Shown: positions 42,227 to 52,373, counted from the first letter of the stretch. The stretch: 64,000 nucleotides of DNA from an uncultured Gemmatimonadales bacterium (GCA_963762545.1 CAVXLC010000002.1:1191384-1255383); one strand, 5' to 3'. Translations and numbers: made by a program. The notes: generated from the letters alone by a model not told the origin.

Positions 42227-43485
42227 TCGTGCCGGATCGCCTCCACCGGCGTCAGGCGCGCCGCCGCCCGGGACGGGTGCAGCGTGGCCACGACCGCCAC
42301 CAGGAAAGTGAACACCACCACCGCCCCGACGTCCAGCAGCTCGACGTGCACCGGGAGGTGATCGATGAAATACACCGCCGGGTCGATCTTGATCAGGCCC
42401 GACCGGTCGATGGCGAACGCGAGGGCCAGGCCGCCGGCCAGCCCCAGCACCGTGCCCACCGCGCCGATGATCGCCCCCTGCGAGAGGAAGATCCGCCCGA
42501 TCCCGCCGGGCGTGATCCCCATCGCCTGGAGGATGCCGATCTCCTTGGTCTTTTCCGCCACCACCATGGTCAGGGTGCCGATGATGTTGAAGGCCGCCAC
42601 CACCATCACGAAGCAGATGATGATCCCCATGGCGAGCTTCTCCAGCTGGAGCGCGCTGAACAGGCTCGCATTCTGGCTCTGCCAGTCGTAGGACCGGAAC
42701 GGATAGCCGAGCCGCTTCTGGAGACTGTCTCCCACCTCCGGCGCCTTCCAGGGGTCCTTCACCCGGATCTGAATGCCGGTCACGGCGTCGCCCAGGCCCG
42801 CGAACCGCTGCGCCGTGGTCATGTCCATGACGGCGAAGCCGTCGTCGTACTGGTACATGCCGGTGTCGAACGTCCCGGTGACCTCGAAGTACCAGACCTG
42901 GGGCATCATCGTTCCGGTGGCCCGGTTGGGCTTGACCGACATGGGGGAAATCAGCCGCACCACGTCGCCGGGATACGCCGACAGCCGGGAGGAGAGCCGG
43001 TACCCGAGCACGATGCCGCCATCCACGCTGTCGACGTGGGTGCGGAACGAGAGGCTTCCCGGGGTGACCTTCTGGGACAGCGTCGTCACCGCGATCCGGC
43101 CGGTGTCGGGATCGAAGCCGACTACGTCCACGGCGGCGGGATAGTCGGCCTGATTCACGATGATCGACTTGGTCAGCACCTCGGGCCCCGCCGCCACGAC
43201 CTCCGGGTAGGAGCGAATCTGGTCGAGGGCCTCGCGCCAGTTGTCGATCCGGAGGGTGGGCCCGTAGGTCAGGATCCGGAGGTGCGGGTTGGCCACCAGG
43301 ATGCGGTCGCGCAGATCGTCCCGCAGCCCGTTCATGACGCCGAGCACCACCACCAGCGCCATCACCCCGATCGCCACTCCGCCGATCGCGATGATGGTGT
43401 TGAGCGAGGCGAAGCGCGACTGCTTGCGCCCCCGCATGTAGCGCAGCGCGATGTTCCGCTCCAGGGGCGACGGGATGCGAATCAT
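42223..43485 (-). CDS. Lipoprotein-releasing ABC transporter permease (LolC/E family)
   Basis: IALRYM, VLGVMNG, VAAFNI.GTL.M.V.EK.KEIGIL, PSRAAARLTPVEAIRHE. Confidence 0.9.
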   Translation of the reverse strand: MIRIPSPLERNIALRYMRGRKQSRFASLNTIIAIGGVAIGVMALVVVLGVMNGLRDDLRDRILVANPHLRILTYGPTLRIDNWREALDQIRSYPEVVAAGPEVLTKSIIVNQADYPAAVDVVGFDPDTGRIAVTTLSQKVTPGSLSFRTHVDSVDGGIVLGYRLSSRLSAYPGDVVRLISPMSVKPNRATGTMMPQVWYFEVTGTFDTGMYQYDDGFAVMDMTTAQRFAGLGDAVTGIQIRVKDPWKAPEVGDSLQKRLGYPFRSYDWQSQNASLFSALQLEKLAMGIIICFVMVVAAFNIIGTLTMVVAEKTKEIGILQAMGITPGGIGRIFLSQGAIIGAVGTVLGLAGGLALAFAIDRSGLIKIDPAVYFIDHLPVHVELLDVGAVVVFTFLVAVVATLHPSRAAARLTPVEAIRHE

Positions 43486-45005
43486 CCGGACTCCCCCTCT
43501 TCGGGGCGCAGGGCGGGAAACAGAATCACATCCCGGATCGAGGCCTGCCCGGTGATCAGCATGATCAGACGATCGAGCCCCAGCCCCATGCCGCCGGTGG
43601 GGGGCATGCCGTACTCGAGGGCCCGGATGTAGTCGGCGTCGAGGGGTTGGGCCTCTTCGTCGCCGGCGGCGCGCTGCCGGGCCTGGTCGGCAAAGCGGGC
43701 CCGCTGCTCGTCGGGGTCGTTGAGCTCGCTGAAGGCGTTGGCGATCTCCTTGCCGGCCACGAAGAGCTCGAACCGTTCGGTCAGGGCCGGGTCCTCCCGG
43801 TGCTCCCGCGCGAGCGGGGACAGGGCCTTGGGATAGTCCACCACGAACGTCGGCTGGGTGAGCCGCGGCTCGACGAACACCTTGAACACCTCGTCCATCA
43901 GGCGGCCGCCGGCGAGCGGCTCGGCGTCCTCGCGGGAGACGCCCGACCCGGTGAGTTTGGCCCGCAGCTCGGGCTCGGCCGCCGTCCGGATGTCCAGGCC
44001 GGTCTGCTCCCGGATCGCGGCGACGAACTCGAGCCGGCGGAACGGGGGCGTGAAGTCGAGGGCCGCGCCCTGATAGGTCACGCCGGGACCGCCGGTGGCA
44101 TGCTGCACCACGCCCGACACCATCGCCTCGGTCAGCGCCATGATGTCGTGATAGTCGGCGTAGGCCTGGTAGCATTCCAGCATGGTGAATTCCGGATTGT
44201 GGGTGCGGTCCATCCCCTCGTTCCGGAAATCGTGCCCGATCTCGTACACCTTCTCGAACCCGCCCACGATCAGCCGCTTGAGGTAGAGCTCATCGGCGAT
44301 CCGGAGGTAGAGCGGCATGTCGAGGGCGTTGTGGTGGGTGACGAACGGCCGGGCCATCGCGCCCCCGTACAGCGGCTGGAGCACCGGCGTCTCCACCTCG
44401 AGAAACCCCCGCTCGTCCAGGAAGCGGCGCAGATAGCGGATCGCCTCGGCGCGGGTCTCGAACACCCGGCGGACCTCGGGGTGCACCGCCAGATCGGCGT
44501 AGCGCTGCCGGTAGCGCACCTCCGGGTCGAGCAGGCCGCCGAAGGTCACCGCGCCCGATGCGGTCTGCTGGGTCTTGCCCCGGGGGAGCGGGCGGACGCT
44601 CTTGGCCAGCAGCTCGATGACGAGCGCGCGCACCGTCACCTCGCCGGTACGGGTGCGAAACAGCGTCCCGGTGATCCCGACATGATCGTCGAGATCGAGC
44701 AGCCGGGCGGTGTCCCAGCCCGCGCCGAGGGCATCCTGGCGCAGGTAGACCTGGATGCGGCCGGACGCGTCTTCCAGGTGCCCGAACATCGTCTTGCCCT
44801 GGAGCCGGAGCGCCGCGAGGCGCCCGGCCACCGCCACCATGGGGCCCTGGTCTCCCATGGCATCGGTGTACAGCGCCAGCGCCTCCGCGGCGGTGTGGGT
44901 GCGCTCGTACCGGTAGGCGTAGGGCCGCACCCCCAGCGACGCCAGCGCGGCGCGGCTGGTCCGCCGCGCCTCCTCTACGTAGCTCCGTTCCCCGTCACCG
45001 CTCAC
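43482..45005 (-). CDS. lysS: Lysyl-tRNA synthetase (class II)
   Basis: RYRQRY.DL, GGAMARPF.THHN, LRIADELYLKRL, FRNEG, YGMPPTGG.G.GLDR. Confidence 0.97.
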   Translation of the reverse strand: MSGDGERSYVEEARRTSRAALASLGVRPYAYRYERTHTAAEALALYTDAMGDQGPMVAVAGRLAALRLQGKTMFGHLEDASGRIQVYLRQDALGAGWDTARLLDLDDHVGITGTLFRTRTGEVTVRALVIELLAKSVRPLPRGKTQQTASGAVTFGGLLDPEVRYRQRYADLAVHPEVRRVFETRAEAIRYLRRFLDERGFLEVETPVLQPLYGGAMARPFVTHHNALDMPLYLRIADELYLKRLIVGGFEKVYEIGHDFRNEGMDRTHNPEFTMLECYQAYADYHDIMALTEAMVSGVVQHATGGPGVTYQGAALDFTPPFRRLEFVAAIREQTGLDIRTAAEPELRAKLTGSGVSREDAEPLAGGRLMDEVFKVFVEPRLTQPTFVVDYPKALSPLAREHREDPALTERFELFVAGKEIANAFSELNDPDEQRARFADQARQRAAGDEEAQPLDADYIRALEYGMPPTGGMGLGLDRLIMLITGQASIRDVILFPALRPEEGESG

Positions 45006-46106
45006 GTGGCGCTCCCCGCGAACCGCTTGAGATAGGCCTGGATGAACTCGTCGATGTCGCCGTCCATCACCCGCTGGACGTCGGTGACCTTGAGCTCGGT
45101 GCGGTGGTCGTTGACCATCGTGTAGGGCTGGAAGACGTAGCTGCGGATCTGGTTGCCCCACGAGTTGTCGGTCTTGGTGGCCTCGACCAGGGCCCGGGCC
45201 GCCTCCTGCTCCTCCAGCTTCTTCTGGTAGAGCGCCGCGCGCAGCATCTTGTAGGCGGTCGCCTTGTTCTTGCCCTGACTGCGCTCCTGCTGGCAGGCCA
45301 CCACGATCCCGGTCGGAAGGTGGGTCAGGCGCACCGCCGAGGACGTCTTGTTGACGTGCTGTCCGCCGGCGCCGGAGGCCCGGTACACGTCCATCTTGAT
45401 GTCCTCCTCGCGGAGATCCACCTCGATGGTGTCGTCGATGTCGGGATAGACGAAGACCGAGGCGAACGAGGTGTGGCGCCGCGACTGGGAATCGTAGGGT
45501 GAGATGCGCACCAGCCGGTGCACGCCCTTCTCGGCCTTGAGGAACCCGTAGGCGTACTCGCCCTTGATCTCCATCGAGATCGACTTGATGCCGGCCTCCT
45601 CGCCGGGAATCAGATCCAGCACGCCGATCTGGTACCCCTTCCGCTCGGCCCAGCGGCGGTACATCCGGGAGAGCATCTCGGCCCAGTCCTGCGACTCGGT
45701 CCCCCCGGCGCCGGGGTGGATGGTCAGGATCGCGTCTCCGGGGTCGTCGGGGCCGCGCAGCAGCATCTTGAGCTCGAACGATTCGAGCACGTTCGCCACG
45801 CTCTCCACCTCCGCCGCGAGCTCGGTGGCCAGCCCCTCGTCCGGCTCGGCCTCCAGCAACTCGCTCATGCCGCGGGCATCGGCCAGCCGGGCGCGAATAC
45901 CGGCCGCGGGCACTATCCAGCTCTTGAGCGCCTTGACCTCCTGCACCAGGGCGCGGGCGCGATCCGGGTTCGACCAGAACCCGGGGTCCGCCTGGTCGCC
46001 CTCGAGCGCCTTGAGCCGGGCTTCCTTGGCGGGGAGGTCAAAGAAACTCCGAGAGCTCGAGGATCCGCCGTTCCAGCTCATCCAACCGCTCATCCAGACT
46101 GGCCAT
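45002..46106 (-). CDS. prfB: Peptide chain release factor 2 (programmed +1 frameshift at 46043-46037)
   Basis: 22-codon first ORF MASLDERL...SEFL ending CTT TGA C with GGAG just upstream; GGQ motif, SPY recognition loop. Confidence 0.96.
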
Positions 46107-46203
46107 CGCCGGAATCTCTCAGGTTGAGGGTCCGTTTGTGATGCGAGCCGCCCCCCGCCAGCGGCGAAGAGACGGCTCGCTTCTACCACCGGGAAATATA
46201 ATC

Positions 46204-46989
46204 CTACGGGAAGACGGGCTGGCCGTCCGCCAGGATCTCGTTGAGGGCATCGGTGAAGAAGGTGGTGGCTTCGGCGAGCTGCTTGCCGACCTGCTCGACA
46301 TACTCCTCCCAGCTCTTCCGGATCTCCTCCTCGAACAGGAGCTTGAGCGACCCGTCGCGGAGGCCGTCGCGCCGCTTGGCGGGATGGTAGACCACGATGT
46401 CGCTGACCAGGGCCCGGGCCAGGCGACGGGCCCGCGCCTCAGGATCCTGGGACAGGAAGGGGTTGGTGGGCCGCTTGGGACGCGCCGCGGGGGGCGCCGC
46501 GGGCGTCGCCGACGCGGCGGCGGGGACAGCCACGGGTGCGGCCACCGGAGGCGGAACCGGGACCGCAGCCGGGAGAGGCGCGGGCGGCGGCACCGGGGCC
46601 GGAGGTGCGGCCGGTCGAGCGATCGGAGCCGTGAAGGCCGGGGCCGGGGGACTGGCGGGCCGGTACGACGGCGGCGGCCCCCCGGGCGCCGCGGGAGGCA
46701 CCACGGCGGGCCGCGCGATGGCCGGGCCGCGGGGTACCGCCGGCGGCGGCGCTACCGGCAGGGGCTGCGGCGCCGGCTCGGCCCTCGGGGGGGGACGCAC
46801 CGGAGGCGGCGCGGCGGGCGGAGCCGCCGCCTGGACCGGAGCCGCCACTGGAGGCGCCCCGGCCTCGGGAACCCGGCGGACCCAGAAGACCCCGGAACAC
46901 ACCGAGCAGCGGGCCCGGACCCCGTCCGCCGGAACCTTGGCGGGATCGACCCGGAAGACGGTCTGGCACTGGGTGCAGGTGGCATTCAT
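46204..46989 (-). CDS. MJ0042-type zinc-ribbon protein with Pro/Ala linker and helical C-terminal domain
   Basis: CTQC...VRARCSVC; about 145-aa Pro/Ala linker; ARRLARALVSDIVVY...IRKSWEEY domain. Confidence 0.8.
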   Translation of the reverse strand: MNATCTQCQTVFRVDPAKVPADGVRARCSVCSGVFWVRRVPEAGAPPVAAPVQAAAPPAAPPPVRPPPRAEPAPQPLPVAPPPAVPRGPAIARPAVVPPAAPGGPPPSYRPASPPAPAFTAPIARPAAPPAPVPPPAPLPAAVPVPPPVAAPVAVPAAASATPAAPPAARPKRPTNPFLSQDPEARARRLARALVSDIVVYHPAKRRDGLRDGSLKLLFEEEIRKSWEEYVEQVGKQLAEATTFFTDALNEILADGQPVFP

Positions 46990-47987
46990 GGCTTTTCACC
47001 GGCCGCTTCCCGCTGCGACGGCGACCCGGTGGGCCGCTCTTCGTCGGTGCGGCCCTGGCGGCGGTCCACGACATACACCGATCCCGGCAGCGTCTTGGCG
47101 TAGCTCTTCATCTCGGTGGCCAGCTCGCTCACTTCGGCCGGATGCGCGAAGGTGCGGTGACGGTTGGTCACGATGCCCACCGAAAGCGTCATCAGGGGAA
47201 CTCGATGCAATTGCCCTCGCCGATCCTTGCCGAAGAAGTATCCAGCCCGCCGGTCCTGCTCGTTGTACTGGAACGGTACCAGGGAATCGAACACCGCGAG
47301 TATCTCGCCGCAGACCGGGCTGATGTCGGCCGCGGGGATGATGAAAATAAAGTCATCGCCCCCGATATGCCCCACGAAGCCGCGGTTCCCCAGCAGCCCC
47401 TTGACGACGTCGTGGAGGATGCGCGACAGGATGTAGATCACCCGGTCCCCGTCGTAGTAGCTGTAGCGGTCGTTGTATTCCTTGAAGTGATCGAGATCGG
47501 CGTAGCAGACCGCAAATTCCTGGGCGCCTTCCAACCGGCGGCGAATTTCCCGCTCGATTTCCGTGGTGCCCGGCATCCGGGTGCTCGGGTGCACCGACAC
47601 GTCCCGCTGGGTGCGGACCAGCAGGGCATCGAGACGGGCCCGCTGCTCCTCGAGCGGGAACAGGCCGGTCAGGATTTCGTCGGCCCCCGCGGCAAACCAG
47701 CCCTGAATCTCGTCGGCGTCGTGGGACCCGGCCAGAATGAGCGAGGGAATGATGGCGGTAAAGGGGTCGCTCTTGAGCCGGCGAACCAGCTGAAGGCCCG
47801 ACTGCCCCATGCGATCTGCGTCGATGAACAGGAGGCAGGGATGCCCGCGGAGGACGATGGACTCGACCTGGGCAGCGTCCGCGTGAACCTCCAGGGGGAA
47901 GCTGCGCCCGAGAGCCCACTCGCGAACCAGGTCCGGGACAGGCTCCCCGACCGGTCCGAAGAACAGAATGGTCGGACGAGTCCGCAC
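46986..47987 (-). CDS. Pseudo-receiver + GGDEF diguanylate cyclase
   Basis: DLDHFKEYND, HIGGDDF, TLSVG; degenerate REC domain (ILFFGP, LLFID, GADEILTG). Confidence 0.88.
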   Translation of the reverse strand: MRTRPTILFFGPVGEPVPDLVREWALGRSFPLEVHADAAQVESIVLRGHPCLLFIDADRMGQSGLQLVRRLKSDPFTAIIPSLILAGSHDADEIQGWFAAGADEILTGLFPLEEQRARLDALLVRTQRDVSVHPSTRMPGTTEIEREIRRRLEGAQEFAVCYADLDHFKEYNDRYSYYDGDRVIYILSRILHDVVKGLLGNRGFVGHIGGDDFIFIIPAADISPVCGEILAVFDSLVPFQYNEQDRRAGYFFGKDRRGQLHRVPLMTLSVGIVTNRHRTFAHPAEVSELATEMKSYAKTLPGSVYVVDRRQGRTDEERPTGSPSQREAAGEKP

Positions 47988-48020
47988 CCGGTGATCTTTC
48001 GTAAGAGTTTATGCCCAAGC

Positions 48021-48049
48021 AACTTAGGGCGGTGCAGCCCCGGAGTCAA
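48021..48049 (-). promoter_or_regulatory. Sigma70-like promoter upstream of the GGDEF gene
   Basis: TTGACT-N17-TAAGTT. Confidence 0.5.
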
Positions 48050-49702
48050 TCAGAGGAAGAACGCCGCCGCCCCCACCATCCCGTAGAGCGCCAGCAGCTG
48101 AGCGCCCTCAAACCAGTGGGATTCCCCGTCCAGGGTGATGATGGCCACCACGATGGTCGAGACCGCCAGGGCCACCACTTCCAGCGGCGTGAACACCAGA
48201 TTGACCGGCACGTGCAACACCAGGCCCGCCAGCACCAGCAACGGCGCGACCAGCAGCGCCACCTGGGTACTCGACCCGAGTGCAATCTGCAGCGCGAGGT
48301 CGGTCTTCCCCGCCCTGGCCATGACGACGGCGGTGGCGTGCTCGGCCGCATTCCCGATGATGGGAATGACGATCAGGCCGAGGAAGGTCTGAGACACTCC
48401 CAGCGTCGTGGTTACCCCCTGGATCGCATGAACCAGCAATTCCGATTCCACCACCACGCCCGCGGTCGCCAGCGCAAGCACCAGCACGGCCTGACCCACG
48501 CTCCAGGTGGCGCCGTGGGGCGTCGCGTTGGGATCCACCCCGAAGACCGTCTTGTGGGTGTAGAGCGAGAACAGGAGCGAGAGGCCGTAGGTCACCGCCA
48601 GGATGATCGCGACCGCTTCGGACAGCTGCAGCTCGGTGAACGCCAGCCGGCTGGTTTCGGTCCCGGGGTGAATGCTGTGGAACAGCGCCGGAAAGATCAG
48701 CCCGACCACCGCCAGCGCCAGCATGGCGGAGCTCATGCCGGCGGCGGTGCGGTTGAAGCGCAGGATCGGGGCCTTGACGCCTCCCACCACGAGCGACAAT
48801 CCGAGGATCAGGAGCAGGTTTCCCAGGATGCTGCCGGTGATCGAGGCCTTGACCAGATCCACCAGCCCGGCACGGAGCGCCACGATCGCGATGATCAGCT
48901 CGGCGGCATTGCCGAACGTCGCGTTGAGGAGGCCGCCGATCGTCGGTCCGGTTTGCTCGGCGATCTGCTCGGTGGCTTCGCCCATCAGCCCGGCCAGCGG
49001 CAGCACCGCGAGGCATGCGGTGACAAAGAGCAGCAGCGGGGAGGCGTGCTGCCAGTTCAGGACCACGCTGGCGGGAACGGCCAGGAGCAGGAGCAGCACG
49101 GGAGAGAATCTCCGGCTGCCTCCGCGCCGCTTCGGGCGGGAGCGGTCCAGGTGGGGTGGCAACCGCCGCTCGCTCCGCGGCGGCTCCTCGTCGGAGGGTG
49201 CGCTCTCCAGCGGAGCCGGACGGCGGTCCCGCTTGCCCCGGGTCGGATCGGGGACAGGTGCGGGCCGGTCCGGGCGGGCCTGCTTCGGCTGGTGAGGCTT
49301 CGGGGCCCTGGGGGGACGCCCGGGCTCGGCGGCCTTCCGGAGTTCCTGGAGGTTTACGCCCCGGCGGCTCAGGACGCTGGCCACCCGGCCCTTCGGCGCG
49401 CGCAGCAGCACGGCGAGCAGGTTCCCGTCGGCGCGCTCGGCGTCGGCCACGGCGCGCTCGGCAAACCGGCTCATGGGTGGCGGCGCCGAACCTCCCGCCT
49501 CCGCGACGGGAAGCCCGCTCAACAGCTCCTCGGCCAGGCCGTCCAGCGACACACCGGCGGTTGCCAGCGCCCGAGCGGCGACGCCCTCGGGCTCGGTGAG
49601 CGCGGCGGCCAGCAGATGCTCGGTGCCGACGAACGCATGGTTGGCCGCGGTGGCGGCCCGCCGTGCCGTCTCGACGACTCGCGAGATGTCCGGTGCGCTC
49701 AC
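48050..49702 (-). CDS. Ca2+/H+ exchanger (CAX/ChaA type) fused to an N-terminal Clp-N domain
   Basis: [27 protein letters not shown] (Clp-N); [40 protein letters not shown] (CaCA alpha repeats); GTG 49702 overlaps the Trm112 stop. Confidence 0.88.
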   Translation of the reverse strand: MSAPDISRVVETARRAATAANHAFVGTEHLLAAALTEPEGVAARALATAGVSLDGLAEELLSGLPVAEAGGSAPPPMSRFAERAVADAERADGNLLAVLLRAPKGRVASVLSRRGVNLQELRKAAEPGRPPRAPKPHQPKQARPDRPAPVPDPTRGKRDRRPAPLESAPSDEEPPRSERRLPPHLDRSRPKRRGGSRRFSPVLLLLLAVPASVVLNWQHASPLLLFVTACLAVLPLAGLMGEATEQIAEQTGPTIGGLLNATFGNAAELIIAIVALRAGLVDLVKASITGSILGNLLLILGLSLVVGGVKAPILRFNRTAAGMSSAMLALAVVGLIFPALFHSIHPGTETSRLAFTELQLSEAVAIILAVTYGLSLLFSLYTHKTVFGVDPNATPHGATWSVGQAVLVLALATAGVVVESELLVHAIQGVTTTLGVSQTFLGLIVIPIIGNAAEHATAVVMARAGKTDLALQIALGSSTQVALLVAPLLVLAGLVLHVPVNLVFTPLEVVALAVSTIVVAIITLDGESHWFEGAQLLALYGMVGAAAFFL

Positions 49703-49866
49703 ACCGGCTTCGCCTCGTCGATCAGCATGATCGGGATGTCGTCTTCGATGGGATAGGCCAGGCGGCAGGCGGGGCAGACCAGCACCCCTTCGGCGGGCCG
49801 ATAGTCGAGATCGCCCTTGCACTTGGGACAGACCAGGATTTCGAGCAGCTCGGGGGCCAGCGTCAT
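49699..49866 (-). CDS. Trm112/YcaR-family small protein
   Basis: [14 protein letters not shown]...[22 protein letters not shown]. Confidence 0.92.
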   Translation of the reverse strand: MTLAPELLEILVCPKCKGDLDYRPAEGVLVCPACRLAYPIEDDIPIMLIDEAKPV

Positions 49867-50735
49867 GGGCGCTCCGCGGGAAGGTCGGGGAATCCGAATC
49901 GGGCGAGCTGGGCCGGGTCGCGGCGCCATTTCGGAAGCACGCTCACCCAGGTATCGAGATACACGCGCCGGCCCAGCAGCTGTTCGAGCCGGCGGCGCGC
50001 GTGGGTGCCGATCGCCTTCAGCGTGCGGCCACCTTCGCCAATCAGAATGCGTTTCTGGGTCTCGCGCTCGACGAAGAGCGACGCACGAATGTACACCGGA
50101 TCGGTCGCCTCGCGGAACTCCTCGATCTCGGCGGCGAAGGCGTACGGCAGCTCGTCGTCGAGATGGAGGAACGCGGCTTCCCGCAGGAATTCCGTGGCGA
50201 AGAATCGGGTCGGCTGGGTGCCGAGGTCGTCCGCGGCGTAGGCGAATTCCCGCTCCGGCAGGTGGGCCACGATGGCGGTGAGGAGCTGGTCGATGCCCAT
50301 CCCGGTCCCGGCGGAGACGACGATGGCTTCGCTCGCCAGCTGGGCGAGCCGGGGCGGGGCGAGCAGATCGCCCTTGGTGTACACCACGATGACCGGTGCC
50401 CGGGGCGGCGCGTCGAGTCCCGCCATGCGGGTGAAGTCGGGCGCGGGCGCGTCCGGCGCGGGGTGGAGATAGAGGATCACGTCGGCCTGGCGCACGCCTT
50501 CCAGCGCGAGGGCCCGCATCCGGGCCTGGAGAGCGTACTCGGGATCGAGGAGGCCGGGCAGGTCGTGAAAGACGAACTGGACCTCGCCCTCGGTGCGGAG
50601 TCCGGTGACCGGCAGCCGGGTGGCCTGGGCCTTGGCGCTGACCAGGGCCAGGTGCTCGCCGACCAAGGTATTGAGGAGCGAGGATTTGCCGACGTTGGGT
50701 TTGCCGGCGAGGGCGATGTGGCCGGACTTGGTCAT
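49863..50735 (-). CDS. era: GTPase Era
   Basis: [24 protein letters not shown] domain [19 protein letters not shown]. Confidence 0.93.
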   Translation of the reverse strand: MTKSGHIALAGKPNVGKSSLLNTLVGEHLALVSAKAQATRLPVTGLRTEGEVQFVFHDLPGLLDPEYALQARMRALALEGVRQADVILYLHPAPDAPAPDFTRMAGLDAPPRAPVIVVYTKGDLLAPPRLAQLASEAIVVSAGTGMGIDQLLTAIVAHLPEREFAYAADDLGTQPTRFFATEFLREAAFLHLDDELPYAFAAEIEEFREATDPVYIRASLFVERETQKRILIGEGGRTLKAIGTHARRRLEQLLGRRVYLDTWVSVLPKWRRDPAQLARFGFPDLPAERP

Positions 50736-50870
50736 ACCAAGAAGCTAGCTGGACGGTGAGGACGATGAGGACAAGCCGGGCCGGCTTCCATTGTCCCCCC
50801 TTCCGGCTTTGCACACCGTGGCCTACCGTTGAGACGGTGACTCGACCCTACTCCCTTCCGGAGCGTTTCC

Positions 50871-52310
50871 TTGCCTCTCAAGCTGGGCGCGTTGTTGTCG
50901 TGGAGGCTTCTCGGCGTCGCTGCACTGGCGGCGGCGTGCGGGACCACTTCGACGTCCGGCCCGCAGCCAGCGGTTCGTCTCGTATTCGTGGATCAACCGG
51001 ACTCGGTCCCCGCGGGTAACCCGATCCGACCCCTGCGCGTCTCGGTCCAGGATGCCCACGGCAACCCGGTCGCCGAGCCGGCGCGGGTGGTTACGGTGAG
51101 TCTCGTTCCGGGCACCGGACCGGGAGTACTGGGAGGCTCTCCCACCGCCACGGCCATTGCCGGGACGGCCACCTTTACGGCACTCACCGTCAGTGTGCCT
51201 GGCTCGCACTATCGGCTTACGGCGACGTCCCCGGGGCTAACCGCCAGCGAAACCAATCCGTTCGTAGCGGCGCTTCATTTCACCTCGCTGCGTTCGGGCG
51301 GAAACGACAGTTGTGGAATCGCGTCGGGCGCGCTGTACTGCTGGGGCGAGCACGGCGCACTCCTCTCCGGCACTGGGACCGGGTCGACCACTCTACCCAC
51401 CCGGCGCGAGAGTCCGCCCTCGTTCGCGGACGGGTTCCTCGCGATGGGCAAGGGAAATATTTGTGTACAGACCGGCATCGACATGTATTGCTGGGGCGCC
51501 GGTTTCGGCAATTCGTCGCCGGCTCTCCTGCCCGGCGGACATCTATTCGCCCGCTTCCAGGTGTCTGCGCACGCATGCGGATACGAGGGGGGAGGCCTGG
51601 TATGGTGCTGGGGGGCCAACCAGGACGGGCAACTCGGTCACGGAACCGTGGGAGGGCCGGAACCCATTCCTGCGCTGGTCGCCGGCAACATCAATGGTTT
51701 CAACGTCACCGTCGGCGCGGCGCATGGCTGTGCGCAGGGCGACCCAAACGGCACAGCTTACTGCTGGGGCGGCAATGCGGAGGGCCAGCTCGGCAACGGC
51801 AGCCTGGTCTCGTCGTCGGTTCCCGTGGCGGTTCAGACTTCGCTCCGGTTCCTCGCTATCGACGCGGGGGGTGAGTTCACCTGCGGGTGGACCGCGGCGC
51901 GGGCCACCTACTGTTGGGGGCGGAACGACGAGCTCCAATTGGGAAACCCCCAGGCCGGGCTTCGCAGCACCACGCCGGTGTTGGTGGGAGGCGATCTGGC
52001 GGTCACCGCACTCTATCTGGGCGTGGCGCACGCCTGTATGACCCTGGGATCCGGTGAAGCGTATTGCTGGGGCAGGAATGCACACGGCGAGCTGGGCGCG
52101 GGCGCGAGCGGGCCGGCGAGCGGCATCCCGGTCAAGGTGAAGGCCATCGGGCACGAGGTATTCGAGGCGCTGGCGCCGGGCGACAGCCACACCTGTGCGC
52201 TGACCACAAGTGGTTTGGTCTACTGCTGGGGCGCCAATGCGCAGGGCCAGCTCGGGAATGGGACGACGACTCCGAGCGTTGGTCCGGTGATGGTGCTGCC
52301 GCCACCCTGA
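50871..52310 (+). CDS. RCC1/BLIP-II-repeat lipoprotein with N-terminal Ig-like domain
   Basis: Lipobox ALAAA-C; repeated H.C....G..YCWG.N..GQLG.G units. Confidence 0.85.
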   Translation: MPLKLGALLSWRLLGVAALAAACGTTSTSGPQPAVRLVFVDQPDSVPAGNPIRPLRVSVQDAHGNPVAEPARVVTVSLVPGTGPGVLGGSPTATAIAGTATFTALTVSVPGSHYRLTATSPGLTASETNPFVAALHFTSLRSGGNDSCGIASGALYCWGEHGALLSGTGTGSTTLPTRRESPPSFADGFLAMGKGNICVQTGIDMYCWGAGFGNSSPALLPGGHLFARFQVSAHACGYEGGGLVWCWGANQDGQLGHGTVGGPEPIPALVAGNINGFNVTVGAAHGCAQGDPNGTAYCWGGNAEGQLGNGSLVSSSVPVAVQTSLRFLAIDAGGEFTCGWTAARATYCWGRNDELQLGNPQAGLRSTTPVLVGGDLAVTALYLGVAHACMTLGSGEAYCWGRNAHGELGAGASGPASGIPVKVKAIGHEVFEALAPGDSHTCALTTSGLVYCWGANAQGQLGNGTTTPSVGPVMVLPPP

Positions 52311-52326
52311 GGACCGCAGGGCGGGC

Positions 52327-52358
52327 AACAAAAAGCCCGAGCTCTGGTGAGCTCGGGC
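52327..52358 (-). terminator. rRNA operon terminator (possibly bidirectional)
   Basis: 10-bp stem GCCCGAGCTC/GAGCTCGGGC, then TTTTTGTT on the - strand. Confidence 0.8.
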
Positions 52359-52373
52359 CCTTTGATTGGGAAT

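Noticed and set aside
46480-46870. GC-rich quasi-repeats resembling a tandem array or CRISPR
   Set aside because: They simply encode the Pro/Ala linker; no constant repeat-spacer structure.
46986-47987. Possible Hypr-type (cGAMP-producing) GGDEF
   Set aside because: The specificity position reads G-D (YDGDRVI), the canonical Asp, not the Ser/Thr of Hypr enzymes.
49699-50814. 371-aa ORF ending in the Trm112 domain
   Set aside because: Off-frame overlap with era; only the last 55 aa (ATG 49866) are credible.
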